A stretch of 64,000 nt of DNA, from contig NC_043001.1 of NCBI RefSeq assembly GCF_006345805.1, positions 49,724,001 through 49,788,000 on the forward strand. Direction: 5' to 3'. Shown piece by piece: positions 35,946-49,538 of the stretch. The translations under genes were made by a program, and so were the position numbers. The DNA comes from Octopus sinensis (lineage: Eukaryota). How positions within the stretch are numbered: position 1 is the stretch's first letter; each line of letters starts with the position of its first letter. The notes under the pieces are model-generated. The model ran no database searches. It worked only from the letters and a program-made list of their open reading frames with translations, and was not told the origin of the DNA.

Positions 35946-37850
35946 AATAAAAATTTAATTTTTTCTATTTGTTTTTTTCTTTTTCTTTTGTTTTTGAAAT
36001 TTATCTCCATGTACCATTGACTTCCTTTTTTTACTTTTGTCAAACATATTTTTGTATCCAGTCTTGTACTATTTGCAGATGTTCTAATTTCCAGAGAAGT
36101 GGAGGGCTGAGTTGTTAAGTTGCTAAGCTTACAATTACAAGTTCAATTTTATTTTTTGCTCTTGGTCAAATTTAACTTACTGATGAAATTAATGAGTGCT
36201 GGTTGATTGAAACCAAGACCTGGTTTCAAATTCAGATATCATTTTTCAGTTTATATATATATATATCTAATGTGTGTGTGTTCACATAAAACCCTCTATC
36301 TGTAGTTTAATCTTTCATTATCTAGCATAAAGCTGTCTCCCTCATTACTCCCCACCCTCTTAATTGAGGGGTCTAGTCTTGCAGTTGGAACTTTTTCCTT
36401 TGCTTATTCTATAAAGGATTATTTCTAAGTCACAATATAGACCTGTTGAACACCATATTTTTCTTTTATTTCAGAGAAAAATCTCTGACCTTACAAGACA
36501 CCCAAGTCATGTCACATTAAAGTAAATACCATAGACTTCACAGTGCTGTCATCCAGCAAGCAGACCTGATCAAGGATGTTGTTTAGTCCCAGATCATCCC
36601 TGACTGAGAAGACCCATAACCATCCTACTCCTTGTATGTAAGACCACATTATCGTTTTTGAAGATAATAGACTGTGATTTAAGGGAATCTGGCTACTATT
36701 TCTTGCTGCTTTGCATGATCACAAAAATTCCTACATCAAAAAGTTATCTTTGTATAGGAAGGCTCCAACTGTCTGCTAAGTTCATTGCATAGGGCATCCT
36801 GTTATCTTCCTTAGGGAAAAATTTCTCCATCTTCTCAATCTTGTGGCAGTCGAGGAAGAGATAGTATGGTGGAGTTCTGTTCTGTAAATTCTATAGTTGG
36901 TGTGGATAAAAGGGGCCAATTCTTCAGTTATGCCTTGTGGTTGGTGTTATAGGTAAAACAAAGGTACTACAGATAAAATCAACCCCAGAACTATCTGAAA
37001 TCAGACAATATAACAGAATAGGAATGCATACAGTTAGGTGAACTGAGAGAAATGCATCTAAGATGAGGAAAGAACTGATCTGAATGGTGTTGAATCATCC
37101 TTTGTTCCTATTTGAGAAGATCTAAAAAGACAAAGAAATCTACTTCACTGACCTTATAATATTGGTTTCAAATTTTGGCACCAGGCCAGCAATTTCTGGG
37201 AGTTGGGTAAGTCAGTTGTATTGATATCACTGCTTGACTGGTACTTATTTTATTGACTCCTAAAAGGACAAAAGGCAAAGTTGACCCTGGCAGAATTTGA
37301 ACTCAGAATGTAAAAACAGAAAGTATCTCAAAGTATTTTGCTCAGTTTGCTAACAATTCTGTCATCTTGCCATCATATTAGTTTTTAACATAAGATGGTG
37401 AGCTGGCAGAATTGTGATGGTATCAGACAAAATGATGTGTTTTTAGTACCATTTCTTCTAACATAGAGTCTGAGTTCAAATTATACTTAGGTTGACTTTT
37501 CCTTTCATTCTTTAGGGTTGATTAAATAATAGTCAAGAATTGAGGTTCATGTAATCGTTTTGCCCCTCCTCTTAAAGTTGCTGGTCTTCTAACAAAAAGA
37601 AGTTTCTTACAACATAAGCACAGGGCCCCACATTTTAGTGGGAGGAAACATTTAATGATACCAAACCCAATACATGACTCATATTTTATTTTACTGACCT
37701 CTGAAAGGATAAAAAGCAAAGTTGAACTTGGTCCATATACAGTTATAATTAAATTCCACCCTACCTATTTTGTTAATATATTGCACTCTGCCACCATAAC
37801 ATAGGCACAAGGCCTGAGATGTGTTGGGGAGTGTCTTATCAAATATATTA

Positions 37851-38254
37851 AGGAGTGGCTGTGTGGTAAGTAGCTTGCTAACCAACCACATGGTTCCGGG
37901 TTCAGTCCCACTGCGTGGCATCTTGGGCAAGTGTCTTCTGCTATAGCCCCGGGCCAACCAATGCCTTGTGAGTGGATTTGGTAGACGGAAACTGAAAGAA
38001 GCCCGTCATATGTATATATATGTGTGTGTGTGTGTGTGTGTATGTGTTTGTGTGTCTGTGTTTGTCCCCCTAGCATTGCTTGACAACCGATGCTGGTGTG
38101 TTTATGTCCCCGTTACCTAGCGGTTCGGCAAACGAGACCGATAGAATAAGTACTGGGCTTACAAAAGAATAAGTCCCGGGGTCGAGTTTCTCGATTAAAG
38201 GCGGTGCTCCAGCATGGCCGCAGTCAAATGACTGAAACAAGTAAAAGAGTAAAA
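37851..38254 (+). mobile_element. Full-length family A SINE inserted into a family B SINE remnant
   Basis: Head ggagtggctgtgtggtaagtagcttgc...ggttcagtccc, (TG)n centre and tail ...gtaaaagagtaaaa. Flanks at 37790-37850 and 38255-38400 are two halves of a family B copy. Confidence 0.88.
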
Positions 38255-39399
38255 ATAGTACTTTATTTTATCGACTCCAGAAGGATGAAAGACAAAACTG
38301 ATCTGAGTAGGATTTGAACTTAAGATGCAGAGAGCCAGAAGAAATGTTACTTGGATGTTTTTTTTCTGGTGCTCTAATAATTCTGCCAGTCCTCAATTGT
38401 TTTGGAACAGACATGGGGTCCAAAATTTTGAAGGTGAGGATTAGCGGATTAAATTGATCTCAGTATTTGACTTGATTCTTTTGATTCTGGAAGGATTTTG
38501 AATTCAATGCATAAAAAGTCAGAAGAAATGCCACATTTTGTCTGATGCAGTAATGATTCTACCTGCTCACTATCTTCAAAATAACAATCATTTCTGCTAC
38601 AGTAATCTCTCAACTATCACAGGTGTTATGTTCCACCCCCCGCCCTGTGATACGCGAAAATCCATGAAGTAGAAACATTATTATACTGTATACTTATTTT
38701 ATTATTTTTATAATTTGTATATAGCTAGGGGAATTTCAACCATGTTTCTTGGTCTGCTACCACAACAGCTCCTTTATAGGATCCAGTTAGCTCAAGACAT
38801 AATCAGGAGGAACCACGTCCGGTTTCGGCCCCTACTCTACCGTTTTGACGTGGTGGGGCCCCCACTTTTGGAGGTGTCTTCAGCTCTGGTGTTGGGTGCA
38901 TATTCATCATCATCATCGTTTAACGTCCATTTTCCATGCTAGCATGGGTTGGACGGTTCAACTGGGGTCTGGGAAGCCAGGAGGCTGCACCAGGCTCCAG
39001 TCTGATCAGGCAGTGTTTCTACAGCTGGATGCCCTTCCTAACGCCAACCACTCCGTGAGCGTAGTGGGTGCTTTTTACGTGCCACCAGCACAGGCCAGAT
39101 GAGGCTGCAAAACAACACCACAGAGGAATTGACATAAGCTTAAATAATAAACCACAATAAGTGAACTGTGACATGGTGAGGGATTACTGTATAGGCATAA
39201 TGCCATAAATTTTGTTGGTTAGAGCTACTTGTTTGCATCAAACTGGTTCTCACTTTATCAACTCTGAAACAAGCAGACAACCTCAGGCAACATTTGAACT
39301 CAAGAATGTAAAGCAAGAAGACATGCCCTTGGGAATTTTTTCCATCGTTCTAACAATTCTCCTAGCTTGCCACCTTAATAATAATAACAATGATATATT

Positions 39400-40460
39400 T
39401 TCGTCTGTCTTTATGTTCTGAGATCAAATTCTGCTGAGGTCGGCTTTGCCTTTCATCCTTTCGGGGGTCGATAAATTAAGTACCAGTTGCGTACTGGAGT
39501 TGATCTAATCGACTGGCCCCCTTCCCAAAAATTTCGGGCCTTGCATCTAGTATAGAAAAGAATATAATATATTTATATTTGTCTCAAGACCAGCAGTTTC
39601 AACAGATAGATTAAGCCAATTACATTGATCCCCACCACCCCAGTGCTCTACTGGTACTTAACTTATCGACCTTGAAAGGATGAAAGGCAAAGTTGACCTT
39701 GGCAGAATTCAAACTCAAAATGTAAGATGGATGAAATACCACTAAGCATTCTGCCTGGCATGCTAATGATACTGCCATATTGCTGCAATAATAATAATAA
39801 TAAGCCTTCTACTGTAGACACAAGGCCTGAAATTTTGTGGGGGGGGGGGCAGTGATAGGGTTTACACCAACCCCTGTACTCAACTGGTACTTAATTCATC
39901 AACCCTGAAAAGATGAAAAGCAATGTCAACCTATGCATAATTTGAACTCGGAACATAGCGGCAGACAAAGTATCACTAAGCATTTTGCCCAGTATGCTAG
40001 TGATTCTGCCAGTTCACTACCTTAAATGATAATAATAATAATCCTTTCTACTATAGGCACAAGGCCTGAAATTTAGGAAGAGGAGACTAGTTGATTACAT
40101 CGACCCCAGTGTTTCACTGGTACTTAATTTATCGACCCCAAAAGAATAAAAAACAAAGTCGACCTCTGCAGAGTTTGAACTCAGAATGTAGCAACAGGCG
40201 AAATACCGATCCAGCATGCTAACTATTCTGCCAGCTCACTGCCTTAAATAATAATAATAATAATAATAATCCTTTTTATTCTAGGCACAAGGCCTGAAGT
40301 TTTGGGGGAAGGGATTAGTCAATTACATCAACTCCAGAATTTCACTGGTACTTAATTTATCAACCCCAAAAGGATGAAAGGCAAAGTCAGCCTTGGCAGA
40401 ATTTGAACTCAGAACATAGTGACGGGCAAAATACTGCCAATTATTTCGTCCAGCATGCTA
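39400..40460. repeat. Cluster of family B SINEs: one + copy tail to tail with four head-to-tail - copies separated by (AAT)n
   Basis: The motif ggcacaaggcctgaa...ctggtacttaatttatc...gaaaggcaaagtc...tttgaactcagaa recurs about every 230 bp from about 39580 to 40460. Confidence 0.88.
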
Positions 40461-43400
40461 ATGATAACAATAAAATGTGATGTTTCCAAAAGATTTCATA
40501 CCAAGATTTAGGTCTGTAGTACAATACCATTCTATTCTGTTAAAATGTGCCAGCAAGGAGCTTCTTGATGATTGTTTAACCTGCTAGAAATACTGTTCAA
40601 ATCTCCTTCAAATCACACCCTGCAGTCTTAGAACAGAAGCATGTTAAAGTGATCCTGATTGACTGCTTCTAGGCAGAAAAAAAAAAGGTAGGATGATATT
40701 TTTGATCTTAACCCTTTAGTGTTCAGATTACTCTGTTAAATGTAATACTTTTTCACTCAAATTGTTTTGAATTAATCCTGGATCATCTTACAGCTTCGAG
40801 GTTTCAATGATGTGATTACTTATTTTTAGAATGGTATTGTAGGTTAGGTGTGAGAGACTAGTCATCGCCAGTTTAAATATAAAACATGTAGAATATATTG
40901 GGCCGGATTTGGCCAGTTTAAACACTAAAAGGTTAAATCTTGATCAGAGCTGAATCAGGCTAAGTAACACCACTTCTGGCAAAAGATCCTGTTAACAAAA
41001 TATTAGTTAATCTCTAACCTCATAATACAACACATGATCTTTCTTTTGCTTCTCTAATCTGATTCCTGCTAACATTACTAGGTGGGATAACTGTCGTTAA
41101 TTAATTATTTAACTCACTCTGTTATTTCACTATATTGAAGAGTGAGACAAACCACACACAAAAAAAAAATATATATATATATACATATATAAGTAAAAGA
41201 AGATATATTTTTATTTATTTCATTTATTATTTCAGCAACTTTAAATTTTCTTTTCAACACATTGAAAAATGGAGGGAGGGGGAGGGAAAAATTCATGTTT
41301 GGACTGGGGAGATTTGTGTGTCTAGGGAAATAGAGAAAACTTTTATTTATTTATTTAAATTTTTTTTTTAATTTTTAAGTGTGATAAGGTAGGGTCTTAG
41401 TGGAGGTTTTTTAAATTATTAAGACATGATGTTGGCTGATTCAGACTGGTTTTCACATAGTGAAGACATGACAGCAAGTGAGGGAGAAAAGAAAATTGTT
41501 AAAATATTCCAACCAAAATAGCTTTCTTTCAGCAAAAAAGAAAAAAAATCCAAATAAACTCAGGACAGTTTGAGTAGATGAAGGTGAAATTACAGTAGAA
41601 GAAGGTGGGATGTTGAGCAGATGATAGACAAAACAAGCATTTTTCTATCATTAGAATAAACCACATGTTTTTGGAAGAAAGCGCAATAGATTTAACTTGG
41701 TATTTTTTAATTTCATCTGGCATGTGAATAAACCAAATCCATGGAGTATTTGAGTTACTGGTTGTGGTAATGTGTACCTCCACAGTCTGTTCCATAGCCA
41801 AAACGTTGGTAGCTAAGCCCTTCAAGTTTGTTCCTTGGGAAGATTTGAGAGAGAACCCAACAAAACTAAAAATAACAGCTATCAAAGTAGTGTCACAGGC
41901 TGCCATTGGTCTTTGTGCTTTGAGAGAAAGCATCGTGGAAGACTACAGCAGTCAGTGGGACGAGAATCCCTCAAGAATTGAACAGGTTTCCCCCCCCATT
42001 GTCTCAACACAATTTTGATATTAGGGATTTGAAAGTTGATCACTACGAGGATTGAACTTGCAACTTCTTGACACTGATCCAGTTTACTACCAAATGGCCA
42101 TAGAGTGATGAAAAAAATCACAAAAATGAAAACATCCTTGATAATGAGGAAATGCTGGGGGATTTGATAAGCAAATTTGACTGTTCCTGATGGATTTTAA
42201 TTCAAAAATTGTAAAATACCATAAATATTGCAAGGCATTTAATCTGGAATGCTACTGTTTCTGCCTTTCACCATATTGATGATGAGGTTTTCTAACACTG
42301 CCACAAGGTGATAAATTTGGTAGGGTGAGAAAGGAGTTGACTAAAGCAAACCCAGCATTGCAACAAATACTTATTGGCTCACTGATCTTGAGATTTCAAC
42401 TCAAAATATAGAGGTGAGCCTTTTGTCTGGTACTTACTAAATTCTGCCACATTACCCCCAATGATAACGATAAAAATAATGATTACTTTTGATTAAGCTC
42501 AAAGCCAACTTTAATAGAGCAAGTTGGGGGAGTGAGATCTTAGGAATTACAGATCTTATGTATGATTCAGGAAATCATTTAGCAGTTAAATGATATATAA
42601 AATGATTACATTTATTTGTTATAATTTAAAAAATAAATTGTAATGTTCATACATGAGTGTTAGCTCAAGTCTTAGCTTAAGTCAGGAATATTAAAACCAG
42701 ATTTATTATTTTTTTGTTTACTTCTATCCTAGAGCATCAGTTTTAAAGACGGGGAGAAGAAACAGGGAGCTGCAACAGTCATGTATTCCTCAACTGCATA
42801 AGCATTACAAGCAAAGCAAGGAACAGTGATGCTAGTGAGAGTGAACTGTGTTTGACTTTCATTGCACAATGGTGTTACAGTTTAGGAGGGCAGGTGTTAA
42901 CACAAAGTAATAAAGGTGTGACAGCACATTAAAATTAAACTATCTGGTATGGAGGAAGGCGTCACAGCAGAGTAGTATCTCATCACAGTTGGACAGGCTT
43001 CCCAATTGTGCCAAGAATGCTGGGGCTTTGAAGACTAGGCACTGTGGGGATTGAAAATGTAGCACTTCTCTCACACTTATAGAAAATAGCCCCCAGGTAA
43101 TGGGCTGTACTCTATTTGGTACTTTATTGACTTTAAAGATGGAAAACAAAGTTGATCATGACAGGATATGAATGTAAGGTGATATCATTAAGGTAATCCA
43201 AAGTATCTCAACTGGTATTCTTTGATTTCTGCCATCCACTACTATTTCTGTCAGTTTTTTTTTCCTGCATTTTGTACAAGGTCTGATCATTTTTACTTTG
43301 ATACACCTGATGTGTTGCTATGTTGCTCTGTAAGGTAAGTGTGCATGCATCTTCTGAGAGAAATAGGAGCCCAAGGTTGAAACAAACTTCTGTTGCTATA

Positions 43401-44669
43401 TTTGTTGAAACACTGCCTTTGGTTCAGCCAATTTTTTTAAATAGCAGAAGTATTTAGTAAAATAATTGTCTCATTATTAAGCTGGTGGTTGAAATGCAAA
43501 TTAACATTGATATTTTGATGGAAGTTTTTAATTTAGAAACACTCTATAGCAGAAAGTTTGTATCATAGATCCAGGGAGTAGTCTTAGATGGGTTGGTATC
43601 AAAAAGATTAAGAGAAACATCAAGGCTGCAGAGCATGGGTGGGAATAAATATAAGAATATGAGCTTGAGTTTAATTGCTGATACTAAGAAGATGGGGTGG
43701 TGCATTGTGGGGAGTGGTGGAGTGGCAGGGTATACAATAGTGATACAGACAAGCTTATTGTGTAAAGGTGGGAAGGTAGTTGGTGATCTGGGAATGATGA
43801 ATATCGTGGTAGTGGTGAGTGCATTAGTACTATTTGTGGTTGTATGACAGAGACAGTAATAGTCGGGTTGATGATGGTGTTAATAGCTGTGAAGACTGTG
43901 GCAATTGTGAAATACCTCACATTCGATGACTGTATTCCTTGGTAAACATATTAAAAGAGAATGATGCTATTGCTGGTATTGCTTAACTGAATGTTAGTCC
44001 TGATTGAACAGAACTGTGATAAAAGGCAATACTGTACCTAGGACTACATTATCTGATGTGCCTGCTTTTAAAAATGGTAGGATGTGGTTTGATGGTGATT
44101 TGCCTGCTACTTCTAGCATGTTCAACAACCACATAGAAAATCATGTTGGTGATATTAATAATGAAAATGATTCACTGAAATATTCTTAATGAAGGTGAGG
44201 CGAAGGTGGTGGTAGCAGTAGTTTAGCCCCAGGTCATCCAACCGTGATCGTCATCTTTTTCCTGTGCAAGAAATGAAAGACCTGACCTCATTATGAAATA
44301 TGAACTTTTTTCAACCATGAGTGGAGGTGTGGTCTGTGGTCTGATCATATTTATAGAAGGTAAACCAAACATGTAGCAGCTCCGAGGTCAATACAAGGTA
44401 ATGTTAGTGACAGAGATTTGTCATACGGTCACCCAAAAGTGTCCCTGTAACTACTTTGGGTCTACAACCCATCACTAACGCTCTAATGATCTCACATCTG
44501 ACAGTTAGATCGAGACAGGTTTTTTTTCTTTTAAATCGGATCTATAATTTCAATCATTTATAGGGAACCGTTGCAATAAAAGCAACTAAGCATAATTAAT
44601 ACATATCCATCTTTAAATATGAACACACATACATATATATATATACACATACCTGTCTATACTGTTCAG

Positions 44670-45423
44670 GTGTTTTAACACTCAGTGCTTTCAAGGGGTA
44701 ATCCCCACAGTGCTAAGTCGCAGCCTACTAGCAAAAAAGCAAAGCACATACACAGAGAATGTGTTCAATAGTGTTTACATTAGCACTGCTTCTAATTCAT
44801 ATCTCAATTTATTCTTATGTATGCATTGTCAAGGTATACCAACAAATGGTTTTTACAATATATATTGTCATGGACTGGCAATTCAGGTATGTGAGGCTTA
44901 TAAGCCACAAAAATGGCAGAAATTTGATGCCCAACACTTCTGAATGGGACTTGGGGTGAATTGATTCACTAATCTATGACTTTCATGTGTTTTAACACTC
45001 TGGTACTTTGAAGGAGTCATCTCCACCATGACAATTTGCAGTCTACTAGCAAACAAGCAAAGTGCATACATTGAATATGTGGTCGATAATGCTTATAACA
45101 ATAACGCTGCTTCGAATTCATATTTGAACTTATTCTTATGTATACACCATTAAGGCATACTGGCAAATGGCTTTTACACTATTTGTATATAGTCATGGAT
45201 TGGTGATTCAGTTCGTCTCCAATTCGGTTCAGGTATGTGATAAGCCACAAAAATGGTAAAACATCAATGTCCATTGCTCCTGAATTTGAGATAGATTGTC
45301 TCACCTGTCCAATACTTCCATGGATTTTAACATCTCTTGGCAAAAAAGCGAGGAATATACATTGAGTATATGTGGTTGATAATTTTTACAACACTAGCAT
45401 TGCTTCTAATTCATATTTGAACA
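44670..45423. repeat. Degenerate tandem duplication: about 2.3 copies of a 320-335-bp unit
   Basis: gtgttttaacactc at 44670 and 44987, ggattttaacatctc at 45322. ctactagcaaa, gcttc.aattcata, ttattcttatgtat and caggtatgtg..taagccacaaaaatgg recur in order. Confidence 0.85.
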
Positions 45424-48400
45424 CACACACAGATTTAAAACAGACTTCTAACAGATGTACATGAAGAACATCACTTATGATACATCTATGAATTGTATCT
45501 TCATTATCTGCTAAGTTATGGGAACATAAACAAACCAATCCTGGTTGTTAAGCAATGGAGGGAGGCCAAACACACACACACACATATATGATAGGCTTCC
45601 ACAGTTTCTGTCTACCAAATTCACTCACATGGCATTGGTTGGCCTGTGATTATAGAAGACACTTACACAAGGTGCTGCACAGTGGGACTGAACCCAAAAC
45701 CACTTGGTTGCAAAGGCAGCTTCTTAACCAAACAGCCATGCCTGCACCAGAGGGTATGTGTGTGTATAAACTAAAAGAATTTCATGTTCTTGAAATTTCT
45801 AAATTCTTATAACGTCAGCAGCATAGAATTCTCACTGGTAAAAATATGGTTTCTGAAATGGATACTGATGTTGAAAGGATTACTTTAGTCCAATGGCAGA
45901 AGACTTGTCTGTCATGTTTACAGGAGATGTGGGTTCAAGTCCCACAAGTAGCCTTCAACATTTTCTATCTCAAAGGATTTTTCAACTCAGTATTCCTAAA
46001 AAAAACTTTACATGTGTCTGTGTACATGTATGTATTAAATACTCTTTGTACTAATCACACACACACAAATTCTCACACTGACTTCATTTATTGTCATTTT
46101 TGAAAAAGCAAACAAATCAACTCAAAGATAATTATAATTTAAAAAGAACAAAAGAAAAATACAATAATCACCTATGTAATTAAACATTTCCTTGTTACCA
46201 TGGAGAGGTAACAAAATAATTTCCATGAATCAACAGCAAGTTTTGTTTTTTGTTTTTATTTCGTTTCATTGGATTTTATTATATATATACTGTAGTTGTT
46301 GGTTGTTTTGTCAGTTTGTAAATGGCCAGTTAGAGACATGATTAGGAAGAAAAAAAAAATTTTGACTTTAAGCATGGTGGGGTTTTTTGCTGTTATTGGT
46401 TTTTTTTTGATATCTCCAGTTTTATTGTAACTTTTTTGTTTTTTTATTTTAATTTTTTTTTTGAAATCCATTTCTGTTTTTGTTCCAAGCAGTATTGATT
46501 TTTGATTTACAAATAAAAAGAAATAAATAAATAAAAAAACAAAACAGAAGATGAAAAAAATCATAAATAAATAAAAACAAACTAAAACTACAATCTTTGT
46601 ACTGTGTGTGTATGTGTGTGCATGAATAGGTGTACTTATGAATGATATTCAAATGAATTATATATGTAATTGTATATATTTTATATATATATTTATATAC
46701 ACACACACATACATACACATACTTTACACACACACACACACGTGACTGTATATGTATTTACATACATACAAGGCTGTATAAATACACATTTGTTTGTGTG
46801 TGTGTGCATGTGTATACACACAGTATGTATGAATATTAAAGAATAGTAAAACTGGGTGTCTATAACAATTCACTTATGTGACTAATGCATAACTTTTGGA
46901 CAGTTTCCGATGACTAGATTTCAAAGTAACCCAATACAATCATTATTGGAATAAATAAATAGTGGTGTTAGAGGTGGCAGTAGGAGGAGGTAAGGTAGAA
47001 GTAGTAGTAATAATAGCAGTAATATTATTAGTTGTAGCAGTATTAATGATAGTCAGAGCTGATGGTGGTAGCTTTTTGGTAGCCGAGAGTGATTTTGTTG
47101 TGAGATGTTCAAATGTTTTGAGAGAGAAAGAGAGAGAGATGAAGCAATGATGGAGTGACAATAGTCAAGGTGTGTTTAGTTAATGTTAGGAAAATACAAT
47201 GGAAGAATAAAGTTGAAGATATGATGGAAGCGAAATAAGAAAAAGAAATCTGCTTTCACTCTGCACTGCTATCTAGATTGTGAAGGTGGCTAAAACAAGT
47301 TTAGAACCAATGACAAGTTCAAAAATATATACTGTACATAGTGAAGTTTTCTGATATACCAAAATACCTTAAGGGGGGAAAAAAAAACTGCAACTGCTAT
47401 ATTCTTTCAATACCTGAATCAAATGCTTGTTAGAAGTGTTACATCAGCCATATTATGTCACACACACACACAGACAGACAGACAAAAATAGGTAAAAAAA
47501 AATAATAAAACCTTTGCAACTAGCAATGGCAGTGGAGGAGGGGGAGTATTCTATCTCTCAGGTACACACAAATTCATTAGCCATATGCACAATGAAGAGC
47601 TCTAGACTATGTTACAAAGCACATCACTTTTACACTTAATTTAAACAGCACATACACACACACACACCAGTTCACATCAAAAGATAAATCAAGACAGGTT
47701 CATCTTCAGACAGAGTGGCAATAACGTCCATTTAACTGCAGTCAGGGCCTTAGAAAATAAAAACATTTGTTAAGGGTTTTTTTTTTTTTAAATGCCAAAA
47801 ACTTAAAGAATTTGCAAGTGAAAAGTGTCGATGAGACTTCACTTACTAATTAACTTGTGCTACACAGTACAAAGAAAGATAATTTAAATGAAAAATATGT
47901 ATTGAACATTTTAAATGCATTTCTACTAATATCTGATTCTATAACACAAGACAGTTGACTGTGTGTCACAGACCTGTATAAGTAAGTAAAGAGGAAATCA
48001 ACTTCAAAACAAATTCGGATACTATAGTCATATCTCAATTATAAATATATGAATACAGATGTCAGATCTAGAGAATATGAAAACTCCAAGAGTAGCACCA
48101 ATGCTGCTTGAGGATGCTCCAGAGAGAAGAACACTGTCAAAAGTTTGGCTTAAGATAAAAATCTCAGTTTAGTAATCAATATTTAGATTTATGAATGAAT
48201 TTGTCCTTAAGGACAAGATGCTACATTGGGAATGTGATGTTGTTGATATCTTCCTCTACAGTGTAAAGAATATAACTATAACTGTTCTGACTCTGAATCA
48301 AAACTGACCACTACGTCGAGGTGTGTAAAAACCCATATGTAAAGCTCCAATGATGTATAATATATATAATATCAAGATAGATTTTTTGTAATACACCTTA

Positions 48401-49507
48401 TATACACTTCAATGATTTGCATACATACGCACACATACATTCACTTAGATTTGATTTTCAATTAAAACCAGTAGATAATCTTGAACTGAAGAAGATTGTA
48501 GATGAAGTTATGAGATTACAACATGAGTGTCAGATATAACATGGCAGGGTGAAGACATTTCTTATGGCATTGAGTAAGCTTTTCATACTTGACTCGAAGC
48601 CAAGCAAGCAAGGTGTTACGGGCAAGAAACTTGAGCAAAAGGGTTGCGTGTTAGAATATCATAGAATATGGTGTGCAATATGAAAGCTATGTGCAGGTTG
48701 CTGGGTATGATGTAACACAGTAAGAATGATGGATGATTTCATATACATGAATATTGTGAAGAAATGTGGTGTGATGGTTTGATGTAAAATTTATAGAACT
48801 ATACAGCAAGGTTGTGATGAGTGGTAGATAGTGGTGTATGTCACAGGGTGTGCCATCATGCAGAGCTTACAACTGGTATAATTGTAAACAATGCAAACTT
48901 TAATTTATTTCTATACATAACTTCAAACTGACCTAATCTGTTTATGAGTGTTATTAGCTTAGATCTGAAAACAATTATAGCCAGATTATATCATGGTACT
49001 GTGAGAACAGAATTATTATAAAAAGAAATTAACCATCGGTGGGTTGGGTGGTGCTGACCTAGCACACCCAGAATTATACTACACACCTGGCCATGATTGA
49101 TATAATTAGAGTTACAGTGATGGGGGAAATGAGTCTAAGACTATGTATGTATATTCACAAACACTCACGCGCACAATGCAAATATGGCAGCAAGGCAAGA
49201 TAGTACAGAAGATATACTATCTCATAACAGCACTTAGAAATGGGTTTTCTGGAGTATGTGAGAAATGGGGGGAAACAAAAACAAATACAAAACAGAAAAA
49301 AACAAACAAAAACAACCAAGTGGTTGCTGATGCAGAAGTCCTAGACTCCAACAAATGGCCAACTATGCATGGGAAACTTGCTTTCATAGATGAAAGACAG
49401 ATTTTAGATAGATATATAAGATTTACATTCATAATGAAAAATAGCACTTAAGTTTTCAAGTGACAAACTACTTCAACTGATTAAAGAGAGAGAGAGGGAG
49501 AGAGAGA

Positions 49508-49538
<31 letters not shown>

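Noticed and set aside
36455-36530. Strong acceptor (tttttcttttatttcag) downstream of POGLUT1 as an alternative last exon
   Set aside because: All three frames stop within 17 codons with no homology and no ER-retrieval motif.
39580-40460. Regularly spaced repeats resembling a CRISPR array
   Set aside because: Units are about 230-bp diverged SINE copies with no unique spacers or cas genes, in a eukaryotic intron-containing context.
43593-43920. Hydrophobic or Thr-rich ORFs on both strands (also 46943-47161)
   Set aside because: These come from GGT/GTA-rich low-complexity sequence, not a membrane-protein gene.
48470-48540. Protein-like short frame VDNLELKKIVDEVMRLQHECQI*
   Set aside because: Weak acceptor, no partner exons and no recognisable family. 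Compatible with chance.
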